Shown here in pieces: positions 46,801 through 49,738 of a DNA stretch of 49,738 nt. This DNA comes from a virus. Its lineage: Duplodnaviria; Caudoviricetes. Numbering within the stretch: the stretch's first letter is position 1; every line of letters starts with the position of its first letter. Made by a program: the position numbers and the translations under genes. The notes below the pieces were generated by a model, which saw nothing but the letters and a program-made list of their open reading frames with translations, searched no databases and was not told where the DNA came from. The DNA lies in IMG/VR virus record IMGVR_UViG_3300023170_004110, positions 1-49,738 of that record; one strand, written 5' to 3'.

Positions 46801-48891
46801 TGCTTTATCTGTCCTTGGAGAAACTGTTACAGATCTTAATTCGTCTCCCATTACACAACATCTAGCAGGCACGATTATAGGTAAAACTTCTTCGTAGCTT
46901 CCAGTTGATATTCTAATGAGGGTATTTGGCTCAATTCTTGTAGGTATTGTGTTTTCTGTGCCATCTGTTATAGCATCTGTAAGCTGCTTCATTAGATTTG
47001 TTATAGTAGATATAACATTTTCAGCTTCAATTGCTGAATTAAAATATTGATCTACAATTGCTGTCGAATTATCGCTGTCAAGATCTTGATAAGTAAATAT
47101 TGCATTCTGATTTAGAATGTCTTCCATCATTTCTAATGCATAATTTAAGCTTGCTACTGTCTCTGCTGGTTGCTCGTATAGAAAAGTATTTGTTGCTCTT
47201 TCTAAATAACTTAAAGCAGCTTCTCTAATTTTCACATTTCCGCCATGTGTTAGATCATAAATTATTGCATCTACAATGTATCCAATATCTCTTTCACAGT
47301 AGCCTCTATCATAATCAAATGATGTAGTAAATGGTGCAATATTATTAGCAATTTGATAATCTGTCCATTCTACTGTTTCTCGTTGAATAAAGACTCTGTT
47401 TAATTCTAATAATATTCTAGCATTTGGGTTTTTTGCTCCTTTTTCTACTTGCTCGCATGCATATCTAATACTTGCCCATGTTGATTCTATTGAACCACCT
47501 CTTACTGGATATGGTAAATCAATGCCTGTAGACGACACGTAGTAAACATCAGGTGCATTGCCTACAAATGTCCATTCTGGTATACCTGCTGGACTCACAC
47601 TTAAAACTTGCCCATCTGTTCCAATTGGTAATCTAGTAGGTCCAGCTCCACCATAATAAACAATATCACCTTTAGTTGTAAGTACATCGGTTTCTGTACC
47701 TACAACTAAAATATTCCAATAAACTCCTGTAATATCTTGATCTGGTCGTGAACTACCTGCACCACCTCCAGGATCTACAAGAGTTTCTGTTGAAAAATCA
47801 TCTCCTTCTGAGATATGTGAATTAATACAAACGTATGACGAGCTGCCGTACCTTACTACATCTCCTTCTACATAATATCTATCATCTTCCCAAACTCCTC
47901 GCCATTCGAATCCTGGTGATAATAAAGTCCAATAATCTTCCCAATTTACTGTTCTTCCAGGTTCATATCCTAAATTGTCAACTGTTGCAATGTAGTTATA
48001 TCCTCCTACAGATGCAATTTCTCCCACTAAATATTCTTGATTAGAGGAATCTTCTCCCCATTCTCCTTTAAATACTAGGCCTTTTGAAAAAATTTGCCAA
48101 TCTAATATAGATGCAGTTGGTTTTACATTAGAGTTTTGTCTTACTGCAATATATTGATATCCACCCCAAATTACAATGTCTCCTGGTTGGTATAGTGTGG
48201 TATAAACCCATTCATCCTCAAATTTTATACCTTCTACAAAACTATCCCAATTTAAAATATCTACATCAAATGTAGATGACGTGTGGAATGCAGTACAAAT
48301 ATAAAGTCCTGCACCATATTTCACAATATCATTTACTTTATATCTAAATGATGTAATCCAATCATTTTTATATTCTAATCCTTGTGCGAATAATTGCCAT
48401 TTATTAGCGTCTAATTCTAAACCATTAATTAAACTATCTGAAGAAGTATGTGCTGTTATACAAATATATGTATTACCACCATATTTTACTAAATCATTAG
48501 CAAAATAATCTGTAGAAATAGTCCATGTATTTTTCCATGTTAAGCCTGTTGCAAATAAATCCCATTTTGCTGCATCGTCTGTAAAATTTACTGCAGATGT
48601 ATGTTCTGAAGTTGCTATATACAAATTAGATTGATATTTAACAATATCGTTTAACTTATATCCTGTTGCAGTTTGCCAATCTCCTTTCCAAGATTGACCA
48701 TCACTCATTACATTCCATTTAGCCGGAGATATGTTAAAATCTGTAGCAAAATTAGATGCACTTACATGTCCTTGAACACATATGTAAATGCGATTGCCAT
48801 CTTGTACAACATCATCTTTATAATATTGTGTATTTTGTGTCCAGCTGTTTTTCCAAACAAATTTAATTCTTCCTAGTTTAAATTCTGCCAT
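40882..48891 (-). CDS. 2669-aa multidomain tail/baseplate appendage protein
   Basis: N-terminal W..Y..DIV.Y..Y.C..H repeats, split beta-helix, six C-x-x-D helical repeats, Asp-box repeats, C-terminal GHDFLDIGTG..DQDGNFR domain; GGAG RBS and AATAAATA upstream. Confidence 0.8.
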   Translation of the reverse strand: MAEFKLGRIKFVWKNSWTQNTQYYKDDVVQDGNRIYICVQGHVSASNFATDFNISPAKWNVMSDGQSWKGDWQTATGYKLNDIVKYQSNLYIATSEHTSAVNFTDDAAKWDLFATGLTWKNTWTISTDYFANDLVKYGGNTYICITAHTSSDSLINGLELDANKWQLFAQGLEYKNDWITSFRYKVNDIVKYGAGLYICTAFHTSSTFDVDILNWDSFVEGIKFEDEWVYTTLYQPGDIVIWGGYQYIAVRQNSNVKPTASILDWQIFSKGLVFKGEWGEDSSNQEYLVGEIASVGGYNYIATVDNLGYEPGRTVNWEDYWTLLSPGFEWRGVWEDDRYYVEGDVVRYGSSSYVCINSHISEGDDFSTETLVDPGGGAGSSRPDQDITGVYWNILVVGTETDVLTTKGDIVYYGGAGPTRLPIGTDGQVLSVSPAGIPEWTFVGNAPDVYYVSSTGIDLPYPVRGGSIESTWASIRYACEQVEKGAKNPNARILLELNRVFIQRETVEWTDYQIANNIAPFTTSFDYDRGYCERDIGYIVDAIIYDLTHGGNVKIREAALSYLERATNTFLYEQPAETVASLNYALEMMEDILNQNAIFTYQDLDSDNSTAIVDQYFNSAIEAENVISTITNLMKQLTDAITDGTENTIPTRIEPNTLIRISTGSYEEVLPIIVPARCCVMGDELRSVTVSPRTDKAKLIPKRDVKYTYEAYARLQDVIGNIVTGQLISKTAGNNESQYTEWPTGGLSEAATATQLARITKRLVDHGLGTKLETIYTPAYDLTTPQFGYARDNILLNKDWIKEEISAYINTEFPNLRYSRTKCKQDIGYILDAIAFDLTYEGNWASITAGLAYYAGRTGNFTINTLEKTATIDAYNYLSNILQTLSTNNTVSPAYYTGTDQQQLLGPNSGNSTTSNVILNLMNDITTIIDNVDNTPILAYPTITGAAAQLQSDVTDLDAEITGIQEKTIDFIITHFGDFTYKGNYCRRDIGYLIEGGRYDAVLGSNFWGIQGGLAYNRAQASRVKTEQSSAEIGSIEFIRDKIAVILASNTTLLNLANASYNELLDIFINGDTSADAISLSEPGVIAARANAKNLLILNRAFIISAVRTYIETTYSTFWNGLTPAQQTKCQDDIGRALDAFTYDVNYDTSVGGDGCNIATRNVARALFNNISGACVYTDANQRSIGVSMYTYLGNVCQSVILETFGGQSTTGSPGTSVEGDKMDDLAVILTDVLTANDITTLAAEVTPDITWTSAETQTLAASIVTESTTITNDTLQFITTTYSGFDFDHEKCSRDLEMIMKAASYDWCTGSNGMSIITAYSYLRQPSAKVYGNQKDATIAANYYARNLAKTFVSNASSVLQLDNTFELVNDILFAATNEAKNASVDNPDTYGAIKLLELNKELIVEEAVAYVNNYFKDTNITITSSILSVTNTNWLSLNMPIIFTSETTDLTTIGLNQTVYVKEILSSTTFTVSSTIGATAASLPDVIVADNINIEKEYIFNSTLCRRDIRTIVDAMKWDLQYPKQYRRSYSLDTLLLTYSFSFEQAANYKTKLAARYYLNAVIGSQEEDMYYLRNGTGLRLQTVKGLNGDLSPVNEYGTSRPTAGAYASLDPGWGPDDERVWITERSPYVQGVTTFGRGAVGQKIDGALHNGGNDSIVSNDFTQVISDGIGAWITNNGRAELVSVFTYYAHIGYLAEGGGKIRATNGNNSYGEFGSVAEGVDITETPVTAIVDNILQFNAAIGEVPVDGDKIINLEFNHAGNDYTEAQIDVFGSGSGAVVEVDEFRDAAVNRVRILDPTVEGSELGGTKYTLESNTAQTGTLTSITLAATDGNPDSAYPGMRIVIIGGVGVGQYATITSYNSGAKLAAVEKNDGTPGYEHLVPGTPIVATNATSVYQIEPHVTFSAPPFYSYSHETNVAVTSSDIQFCKTALIYNSVTGTITSKAGLGCTFDVTRNGSKYTVSIADGGTNFSKNDTIQILGTTLGGASPKNDLTLTITSVNSTTGAITHFDQSGLGLSGSWIMTQNASTSILESLDGETWTTTALGGTSTGPVAIANGFISDGSTTLKQSSTVIVTQSSATNQVYYSNDNITWNVTSLPGGPYNSKPSLVYGLNNFFLIFENSRHVFASNDGGANWIQYATVLPSTGFIGLTFGAERLAAILPGSTDAVYAEYQNPGLWYTTVLPGTYTWSSMCFGKNRFLAVSSGSNKAAFSLDRGETWVESDIPSIDGSTVADITQVKYSQGLFVAVASENVATSTEINAILITEDAVNWTVQGVDSNPAIDSHGFESIGFGNPDQSHYWIAKGSGSTTLISKIYAGTQAFGRASVASEKIYEIRLVEPGSGYIDGAPTITIVDPNNVYDVEVAVRTGNGALANPTIIDGGNNYLSASADVAPNFSDGYADFYQNGNYVAVRRLSTLPVPGSNIVFDHLPNAVYKLVNTVSLLGDTDGSYSGFLNLSPSLEVSESPENDTLVTMRIKYSQVRLTGHDFLDIGTGGFESTNYPGLPLVDPDQTHETVESNGGRVFYTATDQDGNFRVGGLFSVEQSTGIATLNADAFNIAGLQELTLGEVTLGGNSASINEFSTDPFMSANSDTVVPTQRAVKAYIEAQIGGGGGSLNVNTITAGDVFIGTNVITSVTGTTININAVTEFRGGVLGYPLAYSLFFR

Positions 48892-48940
48892 GTATTTTTA
48901 CTCCAACCTTTGTTATTATGTATTTATTGACTAAAAGGTA

Positions 48941-49738
48941 TTATCCAATTGTTGAATCAATTGTGCGAAGGAAATATGCTTGAGCAAGCATATGTCCAGC
49001 TATTCCTGTGTTAATATTTCCTGCGAAATTAACTTTTTTAGGAAATAATATTTTGAAGCCTACAGCAGTATGTGCAATAATATTGTTTTCTGTACCAACT
49101 TTAATCAATCCTGCAGTTATATCATTCGTTTCTATCTCAGATCCACCTTCGGTTAATCTGTTAGCTAAAAATGTTGTAATTGCCCTTTGTGTTGGAATAA
49201 TATTATTTGAGTCTTCAGTAAATATAGGGTCTCTTGAAAATTCTCTAACAACTGTTCCTGTTCCGCCTAATCTTACTCCTCCTAAGCGTAATTCTGATAA
49301 TCCATCTAAATTAAAGAAATCGGCGCTTATAGTTACAACTCCTGTTGCTTGCTCTACTGAAAATAGTTCTCCACCTCTAAAATTTCCATCCTGGTCTGTT
49401 GATGTATAAAAAACTCTTCCTCCGTTAGTTTCAAATACTTCGTTCGCAGGGATAATTTCAAAAAATTCGCCATCTGAATATAAATTTGGATAATTTGTAT
49501 CTACAAAATTACCTGTTCCTATGTCTAAGAAATCGTGTCCTGTTATCCTGCATTGACTGTACTTTTCTCTAATTACTACATCAGTTCCGTGTTGCAAATT
49601 ATCTGTGTTTTGTATAAATGGCGATGTCCTAAATAATGCACGGAATTTACCATTACCGTCACTTCCTAAAGCTTGAACTGTTACAAGAATATATATTTTT
49701 TGGACGTCTTCTCCTAGCTCTTCGTCATAAATTCCATC
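48941..49738 (-). CDS. C-terminus of a paralogous large virion protein (partial, begins beyond the right edge)
   Basis: Frame open to 49738; KYSQCRITGHDFLDIGTG, GGRVFYTSTDQDGNFR, PTQRA motifs shared with the 2669-aa protein. Confidence 0.85.
   Translation of the reverse strand, partial: DGIYDEELGEDVQKIYILVTVQALGSDGNGKFRALFRTSPFIQNTDNLQHGTDVVIREKYSQCRITGHDFLDIGTGNFVDTNYPNLYSDGEFFEIIPANEVFETNGGRVFYTSTDQDGNFRGGELFSVEQATGVVTISADFFNLDGLSELRLGGVRLGGTGTVVREFSRDPIFTEDSNNIIPTQRAITTFLANRLTEGGSEIETNDITAGLIKVGTENNIIAHTAVGFKILFPKKVNFAGNINTGIAGHMLAQAYFLRTIDSTIG

Noticed and set aside
895-49409. Many short antisense or alternate-frame ORFs in the track (e.g. 2488-2925, 15171-15377, 15218-15604, 39211-39576, 49008-49409)
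   Set aside because: They are shadows of well-supported genes and show no RBS or recognisable motifs
1-49738. Stop-codon recoding / alternative genetic code
   Set aside because: Core genes are full length under the standard code and TAA, TAG and TGA all end genes; the only break is a frameshift
1-49738. tRNA/rRNA genes
   Set aside because: Intergenic gaps are short and AT-rich and no cloverleaf signatures were seen by eye; a tRNAscan run would confirm

Overview
AT-rich segment of a large T4-like (myovirus) phage genome, standard genetic code, mostly minus-strand. Left to right: a glycosyl-/methyltransferase cluster with a CTP-riboflavin-kinase-like gene; uvsY, uvsX, gp32; a His-rich lipoprotein; terminase large subunit flanked by large probable head-cargo proteins; putative TerS, gp4-like head completion protein, tail tube, a frameshift-split tail sheath, HNH, neck gp13/gp14, gp15; NUDIX and cupin; a tailoring-enzyme cassette (flavin halogenase, GmhB-like phosphatase, two Fe/2OG oxygenases, carbamoyltransferase, GT9-like); three near-identical Cys/Gly-rich fibre-like genes; and a 2669-aa virion protein plus the end of a paralogue. 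Main finding: the 2669-aa protein has six helical repeats with a C-x-[RQD]-D motif resembling the bilin-attachment site of phycobiliproteins. Also notable: TAAATA-N5-ATG (probably leaderless) late genes, a hairpin/late-promoter translational switch, mosaic Cys-rich paralogues and an unannotated ClpX-zinc-finger-like microprotein. All family calls come from motif recognition by eye; no database search was run.
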